Positions 18,488 to 29,000 of a stretch of 64,000 bases of DNA are shown in pieces. The first letter of the stretch is position 1; each line of letters starts with the position of its first letter. The position numbers and the translations under genes were made by a program. Origin of the DNA: a virus; IMG/VR virus record IMGVR_UViG_3300047289_000053, positions 4,084 through 68,083 of that record. One strand, given 5' to 3'. The notes under the pieces were generated by a model. That model saw only the letters and a program-made list of their open reading frames with translations, did no database searches and was not told the DNA's origin.

Positions 18488-21400
18488 ATGATAGAACTTC
18501 AAAGAAATTTCCTTTCGGGGGTCATGAATAAAGATCTTGACCCTCACTTTTTACCTGATGGTGCATATAGAGATGCACTCAATATTATTGTGGGCGATTC
18601 TGATGGGGCATTTGTCTCTGAGGAAGGCTCACATAATGGGGTGGCTCAGAATTATCTAGGTAATGTTTTGAAGGGAGGCAACTTAAATTTAACCAATGCA
18701 ACTTGTATTGGTTCTCTTGCTTATGAGACTAATAACTCTATTTATTGGTTAGTAGCATCTGATAACTTAGATGCTATTTATGAGTATAACGAAACAACAA
18801 ATACGTTAACTCCTGTAATTAGAGCTACTAAAACTTCTACTACAGTATCAAAACTTGGCTTTAACAAGAAGTTTTTTGTAACAGGTATTAATTATATCAA
18901 CGGACTTCTTTTTTGGACTGACAACTTAAATCCTCCACGTAGGATTAATATTGACCGTGCAAAGAATTATGCTGTAGATGGTTTTACCGAGGCTGACATT
19001 AATGTTATCCTAGCACCACCGTTATCTGCACCTACAATTAATTTATATTCAGAAGGAGAAGCTAATAACTTAGAGAATAAGTTTTTATATTTTTCTTATA
19101 GATATAAGTATTTAGATAATGAGTATAGTGCTTTGGCTCCATTCTCCCCTGTAGCATTCTTTCCAAAAGAATATGCTTATGACTATGGTGTTTCAGAGAA
19201 TATATCTATGGTTAATAATTTTAACACAGCAGATATAACTTTCAACTCAGGATCAAAAAACGTAAAAGAAATACAATTAGTATTTAGAGATACGCAAAGC
19301 ACCAATACATATGTGATTGATAGTTTAGTTAAAGAACTTAACAATTACGATGACAATACAGATTATGTATTTACATTCAAGAACAATAAAGTATTTACCT
19401 TATTGCCAATTGAGCAAGTAAATAGATTATTTGATAACGTACCAATTAGAGCTAAATCACAGGAGCTAATTGGTAGCCGATTGGTATATGGTAACTACAC
19501 TCAATTCTTTGATTTATTAAAAGAAAACAAAGAACCTATCAATCCAGCTTTCTCTGTATCATTGTTATCTGAATCCATCACAAGTGGAACACCTACTCCT
19601 ACATTCAAGAGTAATAGAGATTATGAGATTGGTATTGTTTATTTAGATGATTATGGCAGAACTACTACTGTAATTACACCAACAGACAATACCAACACTA
19701 TTTATATTCCTGCATCGAATGCTATTGATGCAAACAATATTCGTGTTACAATTGATGGCACTTATCAGCCACCTGCTTTTGCTACAAATTATCGGTTTAT
19801 GATTAAACAAGATAAGCAAGAGTATTATAATGTATTCCCATTAACTTATTTCGAAGATGGGCAGTTTAAGTGGTTTTTGATTAACCAAGCAGACCAAGAC
19901 AAAATATCTGTAGGGTCTTATCTTTATCTTAAAGGAGCTACAAATAATACAAATACACAATATAAGGTATTAGATATTCAATCTAAAAATGCAAACTTCT
20001 TAAACAGTGCAGATAGCAATCAGCCTGCAGGAGTTTATTTTAGACTAAAAATAGAAAGTACTGTATTGCCTCCGATTACATACTTCTATGATTACAACGT
20101 AGGAGGTGGTGTAAATCCTCCTAGTACATTGGTTTCTAATAGATTTAATGTAGCAGAAGATGCTATATTTTACGGTATTGGAATTGATGACATGATAACA
20201 GGTGCAAGTAATGCTTACACTGGTACTAATGATGCTAGATTTTATGTAGAAATTGATTCTACGGGTGGGTCAGCTGATACATTTAAGTATTATGTTTCAT
20301 ATAATGCAAATTATAAAGTATTAGTTGCTAGTGGAGTTGCTATTAATTCTGCAGCAGACCAAACATTAACTTATTCAGGAAGTACTTGCTCTATCAGATT
20401 CCTATCTAATACAGGTCATACGACTAAGGATTATTGGGTTGTAAACTGTAGAGGTAATTTAGAGAATGTATGCTTAAACATATTTGGTGGAGCTATTGAT
20501 TATAGCACTCCAGTTCCTGGTGTATTCTTTACTTTAGATAATTGGAGCCCATCACCAGCGAACAATCAAGACAGACCTATTAAAGCAGGAGCTATCTTGA
20601 CTTTTAAATACAAGGAAACCAATGGCACTGACCAATGGATTACTCAAACATTTATCTCGACAAAAGATTATGTTAATATTGAAGAGTGGTTCATTGAAGA
20701 TGGTGCATATCAAAAATGGATTGCTTTGGATGAAAATGACCAAAGTGTTGGGCCAAAGAATGTTTGCTTTAGACGTGGTGTATTAGTTTCTACTGGTAGA
20801 CCAGGTCTTATTTCACAAGGATCAACAATAGCTCCGACTACGTTGTCTTATCCTGTGTATATGTATTTTTACTCATTCCAAGGAGGAGTTGAGCCTGCTA
20901 TTGACACTAAGTTTTCTTTGCAGCAATCTGATTTCCCTTCTTTGTTTGAGACTGTTCCAACTGACACCAACCAAGATATATACTATGAGCTTTCACAAAC
21001 GTATCCTATTATCAATGGTAATCACTATGGAAATGTTGACAATCAGAACATTGCATTGGGTGCTCCGGCGATAATAGATTTAAACACGTTTGATTTTAAT
21101 TCAGATTTTAATGCATTCTCATTTGGCAACGGAGTAGAAAGTTTTAGAATTAGAGATGATTGGAATTCTGCAACTATGCAGTTTAGTCCACGTGCTAACT
21201 CTACCATAGAAGGATATGAACAACAAACACTTGTTCAAGCATTAACTTATAGCGGAATTTATACTCAAACATCTGCAATCAATAGATTAAATGAGTTCAA
21301 TTTATCACTTGGAAACTTTAAATACTTGGATAGATTCTTTGGTTCTATTCAGAAACTATTCTCTCGTGATACAGACTTAGTTGTATTCCAAGAGAATAAG

Positions 21401-22621
21401 ATATCTAAAGTACTTTATGGTAAGAACTTATTGAGTGACTCAACAGGTGGAGGTGTAGTTGCATCTATTCCTGAAGTATTGGGTACTCAGATTTCTTACG
21501 AAGGTGAATATGGTATTAGTTTAAACCCTGAAAGTTTTACTAGATGGGGCAATGACTTATTCTTTACCGATGCAAGACGTGGTGCTGTAATGGCATTACA
21601 ACCTAATGGCTTATTTGAGATATCATCTCAGGGAATGAAGAACTGGTTCAAAGCAAACTTAGATACCAACACGGTAAAACTAGGTATGATGGATCCGTAC
21701 TTTGAGCATTATGTATTAGCTATAGATAATGACAGACAGATTAAAACTTGTGCAATATCGGTAGCTCCTACAAGTTTATCATTTAATGGTACAACACAAA
21801 AGAAATCATTCTATATTCAATCTAATACAGATTGGTCAATAACAGTTCCAACAAATAGTTGGTTAACGGTTAGTGATAAGTTTGGCTCAAACAATCAGCT
21901 TATTTATGTTGAGGTTGTAGAGAATTTAGGTTCTCCACGTAACTTAAATATAACTGTGTCTGGTTGCTCAGGCAATATTACAATACCGGTTACACAAGCT
22001 ACTAAACCAGTAGTGTATGATTGGTATCAATTATTGAATTGCACGACACTTGCGACTGCGTATTCTGAACAATATGCGGAAAATGCATTTGATATAAATG
22101 AAAGAGTAACTTCAGATGGTGCTACATATACTATTACAAACATTCTTCATACAGCACCTGTTGGAACATTATTACCGATTGTAACAACAGGATTAACAGG
22201 TTGTCCTGGTCCTACGTATGATTGGTATGCATTATATAAATGCTCTGATGGCTCTACTGCTAATTCCCAATCATATGCAATTGGAACATTCGCTGTAAAT
22301 GATAGAGTTGAATCAGGTGGATCTACATACACTGTAACTAGTGTATTAACATCAAGCCCTGGTGGAACATTATTGTCTATTACAGATACAGGATTAACAG
22401 GTTGCCCTACTTTAACAACATATTACGAATTGTCTGAATGTTCTCCTGGAACAGGATATGCATACACGACAATTAATCCAGGATCTGTTGGAAGAAGATT
22501 TGTATTGCCATATCCAACTGAGAAATTCTATACTTACACAGGAGCAACTTTAGTACAAAGCTCGCCTCCTCCATTGTATAATGGTTCAATTCAAATAACA
22601 TCGTTCTATAGTTGTCCGTAA
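18488..22621 (+). CDS. Tail stabilisation/nozzle protein with C-terminal BACON-like domain and three Cys-bounded repeats
   Basis: N-terminal GVMNKDLD..LP.G.YRDALNI and LFWTDN.NPPRRIN beta-propeller motifs; IQSNTDWSI..WLTVS..G..N..R (BACON-like); repeats ending TGLTGCP. Confidence 0.72.
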   Translation: MIELQRNFLSGVMNKDLDPHFLPDGAYRDALNIIVGDSDGAFVSEEGSHNGVAQNYLGNVLKGGNLNLTNATCIGSLAYETNNSIYWLVASDNLDAIYEYNETTNTLTPVIRATKTSTTVSKLGFNKKFFVTGINYINGLLFWTDNLNPPRRINIDRAKNYAVDGFTEADINVILAPPLSAPTINLYSEGEANNLENKFLYFSYRYKYLDNEYSALAPFSPVAFFPKEYAYDYGVSENISMVNNFNTADITFNSGSKNVKEIQLVFRDTQSTNTYVIDSLVKELNNYDDNTDYVFTFKNNKVFTLLPIEQVNRLFDNVPIRAKSQELIGSRLVYGNYTQFFDLLKENKEPINPAFSVSLLSESITSGTPTPTFKSNRDYEIGIVYLDDYGRTTTVITPTDNTNTIYIPASNAIDANNIRVTIDGTYQPPAFATNYRFMIKQDKQEYYNVFPLTYFEDGQFKWFLINQADQDKISVGSYLYLKGATNNTNTQYKVLDIQSKNANFLNSADSNQPAGVYFRLKIESTVLPPITYFYDYNVGGGVNPPSTLVSNRFNVAEDAIFYGIGIDDMITGASNAYTGTNDARFYVEIDSTGGSADTFKYYVSYNANYKVLVASGVAINSAADQTLTYSGSTCSIRFLSNTGHTTKDYWVVNCRGNLENVCLNIFGGAIDYSTPVPGVFFTLDNWSPSPANNQDRPIKAGAILTFKYKETNGTDQWITQTFISTKDYVNIEEWFIEDGAYQKWIALDENDQSVGPKNVCFRRGVLVSTGRPGLISQGSTIAPTTLSYPVYMYFYSFQGGVEPAIDTKFSLQQSDFPSLFETVPTDTNQDIYYELSQTYPIINGNHYGNVDNQNIALGAPAIIDLNTFDFNSDFNAFSFGNGVESFRIRDDWNSATMQFSPRANSTIEGYEQQTLVQALTYSGIYTQTSAINRLNEFNLSLGNFKYLDRFFGSIQKLFSRDTDLVVFQENKISKVLYGKNLLSDSTGGGVVASIPEVLGTQISYEGEYGISLNPESFTRWGNDLFFTDARRGAVMALQPNGLFEISSQGMKNWFKANLDTNTVKLGMMDPYFEHYVLAIDNDRQIKTCAISVAPTSLSFNGTTQKKSFYIQSNTDWSITVPTNSWLTVSDKFGSNNQLIYVEVVENLGSPRNLNITVSGCSGNITIPVTQATKPVVYDWYQLLNCTTLATAYSEQYAENAFDINERVTSDGATYTITNILHTAPVGTLLPIVTTGLTGCPGPTYDWYALYKCSDGSTANSQSYAIGTFAVNDRVESGGSTYTVTSVLTSSPGGTLLSITDTGLTGCPTLTTYYELSECSPGTGYAYTTINPGSVGRRFVLPYPTEKFYTYTGATLVQSSPPPLYNGSIQITSFYSCP

Positions 22622-22648
22622 TATTAAAATAAGTAAATTTGTAAGCAT

Positions 22649-23377
22649 ATGGCTAACTATACAATAACATATTCTCCGAGATTATCAGGATGGACATCAT
22701 ACCACTCTTACTTACCAGAGTGGATGGTGTCTATGAATAATTATTTGTACACATTTAAGAACGGTAACTTATATAAGCACAATTCTAATACGACTAGAAA
22801 TAGTTACTATGGTGTGCTATATCCATCCAAGATTACGACTGTATTCAACAACGAGCCATCTCAGACAAAGTCATTTAAAACAATCGCCACTAACTCAACG
22901 AATGCTTGGGATACAGCTATATTATCTGACCAAGGAGAAGGGTATATTGATGCAGATTGGTATGCATTAAAAGAAGGCACATGGTATGGATATATTAGAC
23001 GCAATGAAGCAACTCACAATGATGTATCTATGACATCTGTGCAAGGCATAGGTAATGTTACTACCTATGCATCTAATGTGCTTACATTTGCGTTTAACAT
23101 AGGCGATATAATTAGCACAGGAGATAAACTTTATTGGGTTAATGCAGGCGTACTTACGCTCATTGGACCAATCACCGCACATACTTCGACTACAGTAACC
23201 GTGAGTGTGACTGGCACCGCACCAACAAATGGTAGCTTTATTCTTTATGAGAAGAGCCCAGTAGCAGAGTCTACTCCCACACGAGGAACTTATTTAAGCG
23301 TAGAGTTTACAAATACTGATACAACATACACTGAAATGTTTATGGTAACTTCTGATGTATTCAAGAGTTATCCTTGA
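22649..23377 (+). CDS. Tail structural protein (resembles a detached C-terminal part of the stabilisation protein)
   Basis: TITYS....GWTSYHSYLPE, FNNEPS..KSFKTI and KEG.WY motifs. Confidence 0.6.
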   Translation: MANYTITYSPRLSGWTSYHSYLPEWMVSMNNYLYTFKNGNLYKHNSNTTRNSYYGVLYPSKITTVFNNEPSQTKSFKTIATNSTNAWDTAILSDQGEGYIDADWYALKEGTWYGYIRRNEATHNDVSMTSVQGIGNVTTYASNVLTFAFNIGDIISTGDKLYWVNAGVLTLIGPITAHTSTTVTVSVTGTAPTNGSFILYEKSPVAESTPTRGTYLSVEFTNTDTTYTEMFMVTSDVFKSYP

Positions 23378-23398
23378 TAATTTAATTATATTTGTAGA

Positions 23399-23806
23399 AT
23401 GAAATTTAATATTAGGTTACTAAACGAAAGTGACTACGATAATACATTGGTAAAATGGTGGAAAGATTGGAGATGGCAAGCCCCTCCAAAAGAAATGCTA
23501 CCCAACAATGGATTAGGTGGTTTTATGATTTCAAAAGAGAATGTGGATGTCTGTGCAGGTTTTGCATATTTCACTAATTCAGGAATCGCATTTTGTGAGT
23601 TTATAGTATCTAATTTTGAATACAAGGATAAGGATAGACACGAAGCCATTGAGTTATTAATTGAAACAATATCTCAGGCTTGTAAAGATGCAGGGCATAA
23701 AGCTGTTTGGACTTGTCTTACTAACAATAGTTTGATTAATAAATATGAGAATTGTGGATTTACAAAGTCAAACACCAATTGTACAGAAATGATTAAATTA
23801 TTATAA
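23399..23806 (+). CDS. GNAT-fold acetyltransferase-like protein
   Basis: IRLL..DY..L..WW and L..KYE.CGF; typical position before the ejection genes. Confidence 0.6.
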   Translation: MKFNIRLLNESDYDNTLVKWWKDWRWQAPPKEMLPNNGLGGFMISKENVDVCAGFAYFTNSGIAFCEFIVSNFEYKDKDRHEAIELLIETISQACKDAGHKAVWTCLTNNSLINKYENCGFTKSNTNCTEMIKLL

Positions 23807-23807
23807 T

Positions 23808-24599
23808 ATGGCAGCAATAACAGCAGCAGTAATCGCAGCAGGTGGTGCTGCATATAGTATTATTCAAGGAGCAAACGCTAAGGCAGAGGCAGAACAAGCA
23901 GCTGGCAAGGCTGCTCAATCTTTAGCTCAAATGCAAGAGGCTGATAAGTTCGCAAACTTACAAGTACCCACTCTTGGATTAGAGATGGCTCAACAAAATG
24001 TTCAAGCACGTCAGGCACAACAACTTCAAGGTTTAAGAGATATTGGAGCTGCTGGAGTATTAGGTGGGCTTACTGCATTAAATCAACAAGGTCAACAAGA
24101 AGATTTAGCTTTATCGGCTCAAGCTCAACAAGCTCAGTATGCTCGTGATTTAGCTCAAGCAGAAAACGCTCAAGCAGTACAACAAAGAAATGTAGCAAGA
24201 TTAGCATCATTAGAACAACAAAGATTAACAGGTGCACAAGCTGCTGCTGCTTATGGTCAGCAACAAATCAATTCAGGTATTCAGGGATTAGCTCAAACAG
24301 CAGGAAATGTATTGGTTCAATCTGTCAAGGATCAACCTTTGTATAAAGCCGAAGACGCAGTTGTTGCAGGTACAAAAAATCAAGATTTTTTAAAAACACA
24401 ACAATTATCAGACCAAATGTATAACAGGGGGCAAGGAGTATTAAAAACACCTATGCCTACTGGGCTACAAGCTATACCAAATGTAAATATTCTTAGTCCG
24501 CAACAATTACAAAATAATTATATGCAAGGTTTAAGAAATGCTCAGGGCCAGTTTGATGCTCAATATCAATGGTCACCTGGTTTAGGATGGGCTCAATAA
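23808..24599 (+). CDS. Internal virion/ejection protein 1
   Basis: Ala/Gly-rich hydrophobic N-terminus and Gln/Ala-rich helices. Confidence 0.6.
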   Translation: MAAITAAVIAAGGAAYSIIQGANAKAEAEQAAGKAAQSLAQMQEADKFANLQVPTLGLEMAQQNVQARQAQQLQGLRDIGAAGVLGGLTALNQQGQQEDLALSAQAQQAQYARDLAQAENAQAVQQRNVARLASLEQQRLTGAQAAAAYGQQQINSGIQGLAQTAGNVLVQSVKDQPLYKAEDAVVAGTKNQDFLKTQQLSDQMYNRGQGVLKTPMPTGLQAIPNVNILSPQQLQNNYMQGLRNAQGQFDAQYQWSPGLGWAQ

Positions 24600-24610
24600 T
24601 TTTATAAAAT

Positions 24611-26080
24611 ATGGCAGAATTTGCAGGATATGTAGGCAATCAAGTACCTCCAATAGATTGGGGTAAAATTGGTACGGACTTATACGATAAAATAAATAAG
24701 GTCAACGACGAGAGAAAGGCTGAGAAGCAAAAAATCGACGATGATTATAATGAAGCATTTTCTAAAATAGGGGAGTACGAACAAACCACGGATCAATCTC
24801 TAAACGAGATGATTTATAAAGGTGTTGATGAAGTTCGCAATGCTATGAAAACTCAATACGATTTATTAAAAAAAGGAGCCATTACAATGGCAGACTATAA
24901 GTTGTATAAGAACACTGCAATGACCGATTGGTCTACATTGAATAAAGCAGTTAAGGGTTATGGAAATACTATTGCTGGAGTTCAAAAGATAATTACAGAA
25001 GGTAAAATGTCTGGACTTGGTCAGTACAATGCATTGAGTTATGCTAAACTTAGCAACCTAAAAGATGCTAAGATTATGGTTAATCCTGAAACAGGTAGAC
25101 TATATCGTGCAAACATTGATCCCAAAACAGGAACTATAGCTTCTGACTCAGACGTTTATAGCCCATCAGCAATGCTTAACCCAGGGAACTTGGTTGACTT
25201 GAAGGTTGATTTAAATGACGGTGTTACTAAATTCTTAAAAACCATAGCAGATTATGGCGGTGTCAAGAATTTAGGAGGTGGAAGAATTGAGGTAACAGAA
25301 GATGCTCGCAAAAACCCTGCGTATCAAAAAGCGTTGGAGGCTCAAGTTAATTCATTTACAGTTACACCACGCTCTACAACTAGTATTCTTACTGACTATG
25401 TTGGAGACTATCAATTTTTTGAGTCTGAAGCACAAAAAAATGAGTTAATAGGAAAAGGTGTTAAGAAAGAAAAATTAATCAAGGTGGAGAGAAAGAATGG
25501 TGTATACGAGCCTATTCCAACTGCTGACCAAGAGACTGCCGCAAAAGAGTATGTTAGAAGTCAAATTGAAGTAGGTGTTGGTCGCAAGGAAACACAAACG
25601 CAAGGATTTGCTCCTCAACAACCAAGAGAAGTAAAAAAGCCAAGTGCTACTGAAATTAAAGAAGATAAACGTATTCAAACTATTACTACTAAAGCGGAAA
25701 CAGCTAATAAGATTTGGGCTGCTAGACAAAATAGTCCTCAATGGCCTTTGCTTAGATCTGCTGCATCTGACCGTGGTTTAGATTCTCCTAAAGTTACTTT
25801 CGTTAGAGAAAGAGATTCCGCAGGAAATTTACTTCCTCCAATTATTAGGATTACTGGTAACGAGATGACTGTAGATGCAGGAGGTAGAAAAAAGAAAGGT
25901 GCATTGGTTGTTAGAGACTTAAGGAGTCCTGAAGATGTATACACTTATATTAGTACTAAGCAAGATCCATTAGCCGCATCTTCTGATTATATTGAAGGTA
26001 ATGAGTATTTTGAAGCAAATAGAGGTCAATCTGCAGCACCTGCAACAAGAACAAGAGTTTCAGCTAAAGGATGGCAATAG
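24611..26080 (+). CDS. Internal virion/ejection protein 2
   Basis: 489 aa, second of three consecutive genes of increasing size ending the late operon. Confidence 0.55.
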   Translation: MAEFAGYVGNQVPPIDWGKIGTDLYDKINKVNDERKAEKQKIDDDYNEAFSKIGEYEQTTDQSLNEMIYKGVDEVRNAMKTQYDLLKKGAITMADYKLYKNTAMTDWSTLNKAVKGYGNTIAGVQKIITEGKMSGLGQYNALSYAKLSNLKDAKIMVNPETGRLYRANIDPKTGTIASDSDVYSPSAMLNPGNLVDLKVDLNDGVTKFLKTIADYGGVKNLGGGRIEVTEDARKNPAYQKALEAQVNSFTVTPRSTTSILTDYVGDYQFFESEAQKNELIGKGVKKEKLIKVERKNGVYEPIPTADQETAAKEYVRSQIEVGVGRKETQTQGFAPQQPREVKKPSATEIKEDKRIQTITTKAETANKIWAARQNSPQWPLLRSAASDRGLDSPKVTFVRERDSAGNLLPPIIRITGNEMTVDAGGRKKKGALVVRDLRSPEDVYTYISTKQDPLAASSDYIEGNEYFEANRGQSAAPATRTRVSAKGWQ

Positions 26081-26096
26081 TTAATATAAATATATA

Positions 26097-29000
26097 ATGG
26101 CAAAACAAAGATTAGTAAAAAAAGGTAGCCAATATGGTATCTTAGACGAAGCGTCTAACACAGTATTACCTATTTCAGAGAACATGAAACTTGTTCAAAA
26201 GCAGGGGCAATATGGTGTTCTTGATGGTGATTCTGTTATCCCTATTGATAACTTTTCTGAAACCATTACTGATTCAGACTTAGATATATTAAAAAAAAAA
26301 AATTCTACGGAATCCGTTGGTCAACCAACTCCAAAACCTACTTCATCGGTATCTCCAAAGATTCAAGGGAGTGGACTTGTGGCTTCTCCTGCAAAAGCAG
26401 GTAAGGAAGAAGTTGGAATGATTGATGACATTTGGAATTCATTCAAAGGAGCTGGTGCTAAAGCATTAGCTTCTATTGCTTCTGTTCCTCAGTTTGCACA
26501 AAATGCTGCTATAGATATCATGTCTAGTGTAACTGGACGTTCTAGTGATTTCAATAAATTACCATCAAATGTTAAGAAGCAAGTAAGAGATGCAATAGCA
26601 GGATCTCTTAGTGCAGCTACACCTACAGGTCGCTTTGCACAAGCATCTCAAGAAGCTACAGATTATCTTAATAAAAAATCTGAAGACATCTACAAGAAGA
26701 CTCGTCAAGAGGAGATTGATGTCGTAGATGAATTAGCTAAGTTTGGAGAAAACCCAAATGCGGAATCTATTAAAAAGGTTCTTTACCAAGGATTAAAAAC
26801 CACATTCGAATCTGCTCCTTATATGGCCATTGGTATGGCAAGTTTACCAGCTTTAGCAATCACTTCTGCTGCAGGTAAAAGAGAAGAGGATATTTCTAAA
26901 GAAGGAGATGTAGGTATTGGTAATCTATTAAATGCTGGTATATATGGTGCAGCTGAGGCTGTATTTGAAGGCACAACTAATAAGATTTTAAGAAAGGCTG
27001 CTAATTCCGCAGTCGGTAATCCTAAGGCTGCAAAAGCTGTTGCTGAAGGTTTTGTTAAATCTGTATTGAAAGATTTTGGTCAAGAAGCCACTTCTGAAGG
27101 AGCAACTACTGCTATTCAAGATTTATCAGACAGAATAACAAAAGGAGAAAACATACAAGATATAAATTATTATAAGTTAGCAAAAAATGTAGCTAACAGT
27201 GCTATACTCGGGGGTATATCAGGTGGAGGCATATCTCTTACTGCATCAACAGCAGGTGCCGCACGTAAATATGTGGCATCTAAAATAATGCCTAAAAATC
27301 AAATAGAGAAAATTAATAACAATACTAAAACAATTCAAAGTCTAAATCTTGAGCACGGAGAAGATGTTGATCCACGTGTAAACGAAATTGTTAATAAAAA
27401 AATAGATGAATTGGTAGCTGAGAATGAAGCTATCATTGCAGAAAATGAAAAGATTGCTGAGAATTTATCTGCTGATCAAATCAAACAAGTATTTGATATT
27501 GACGATAAATTAGAAGAAAACTATAATAGTGCAAAGTCTATTATTGACGATGCGGCTATGGATGATAATGCAAAGAAGTTATTATTAGATGATTTACTAA
27601 AACAACAAAATAACCTTAAACAAGAAAAAGATGCCATTCAAAAGCAAGCAACAAGTGAAATACCTGTACAGCCAGAAACCGGAATTAGCGGAGAAGTGGC
27701 GAAAGGAGAACCCCAAGCAGAACCTCAAGTCCCTACCGAAGAAGTTAAAGTCGAAGAAGTAACAACTCCTTCTGAAACAATTGAAGTATTTCATGGTGGA
27801 GATTTGCCTTCATTAGAAGAAGGTAGACCTTTGTACGTATCAGAAGATGCTAGTCAAGCGAATGAGTATGCAAAGATGTCTGGTGGAGAAGTATCAAAAT
27901 TCTTTTTAGACAAAAATAAAATAGCTAGCGAACAAGATGCTTTCGATATAATGGAAGAATTGGGGTTAGACTCATTTGGAAACTTCTTTGAACTTATTGA
28001 TCCTAGATTTGATGAGGCATTTTCTGAAGAAGACATAAAAAGAGTTTTTGACACATTAAAAGAAAGAGGATTTGAGGCGGTAAAATATACTGATATTGAT
28101 CAGAAAGATTTAAAGTCAGGTATTGAAAATATACTAGTTCTTGACGCCTCTAAATCACTTAAAACAGAACCAACTCCTACCACAGAAGTAAAAGAAGAAG
28201 TAATAGTTAGACCTGAACAAAAGGTAGAACAAGCTACTGCAGTTAAAAAAGGCATTGATGCTGTCAATAAGGCTGTAGAGCGTGGTAGACCTTTAAAGAA
28301 AGCAGTCGAAGGTGGTATTGCATTTATGCAAAAAACAATTGCCTATGAGCAAGCGGATGACGTTACTCGTGAGCAAATGCTTCGTGACATCAATAAGAAG
28401 TTTGGTGTAAAAGAAAAGAAGGCTCCATCCGTTAAAAAAGTATTAGGTAAAAAACCTGATATGATTTTAATTGATGAAATGGAATCAATAAAAAAACAAC
28501 TTAAAATAGAAGCAAAAGCTGCTAAGAAAGCATCTGATATAGCTACAAAAGAAGGTAAACAGATACTAAAGTCTACGGTTAAAGATATCAAACAAACAAG
28601 AAAGGATGTAATCAGTAAGTTAAAATCAATGATTACACGTGGTTCGTTAAGTAAAGCACAACAAAAATCATTATTAAATGCTTTAGAAAAAACAAATATA
28701 TTTAATCCTGTAATGCGTGAACGTATGTTTGAACGTATGCAGAAGATGTTTGAGCGTGCTGATTACAAGGATCGTATTAAAGAAGCAACTACTTTTAGAA
28801 ATAGAATTAAAAAGTTAGCTAAATCAGAAACACTACAGGCTTCGGTGTCTAATATGGCAAAAGACTTTTCAAAAGTTATACCAGACCTTACTGATGTAGA
28901 TAAGTATTTAGAGAAAGCAAGAGACGTTTATAATGCAATTAAAAACCCTTTAAGGGTAGCTGTTGTTATTGATGATGTTAATAAGTTTTCTGAAACTGAA

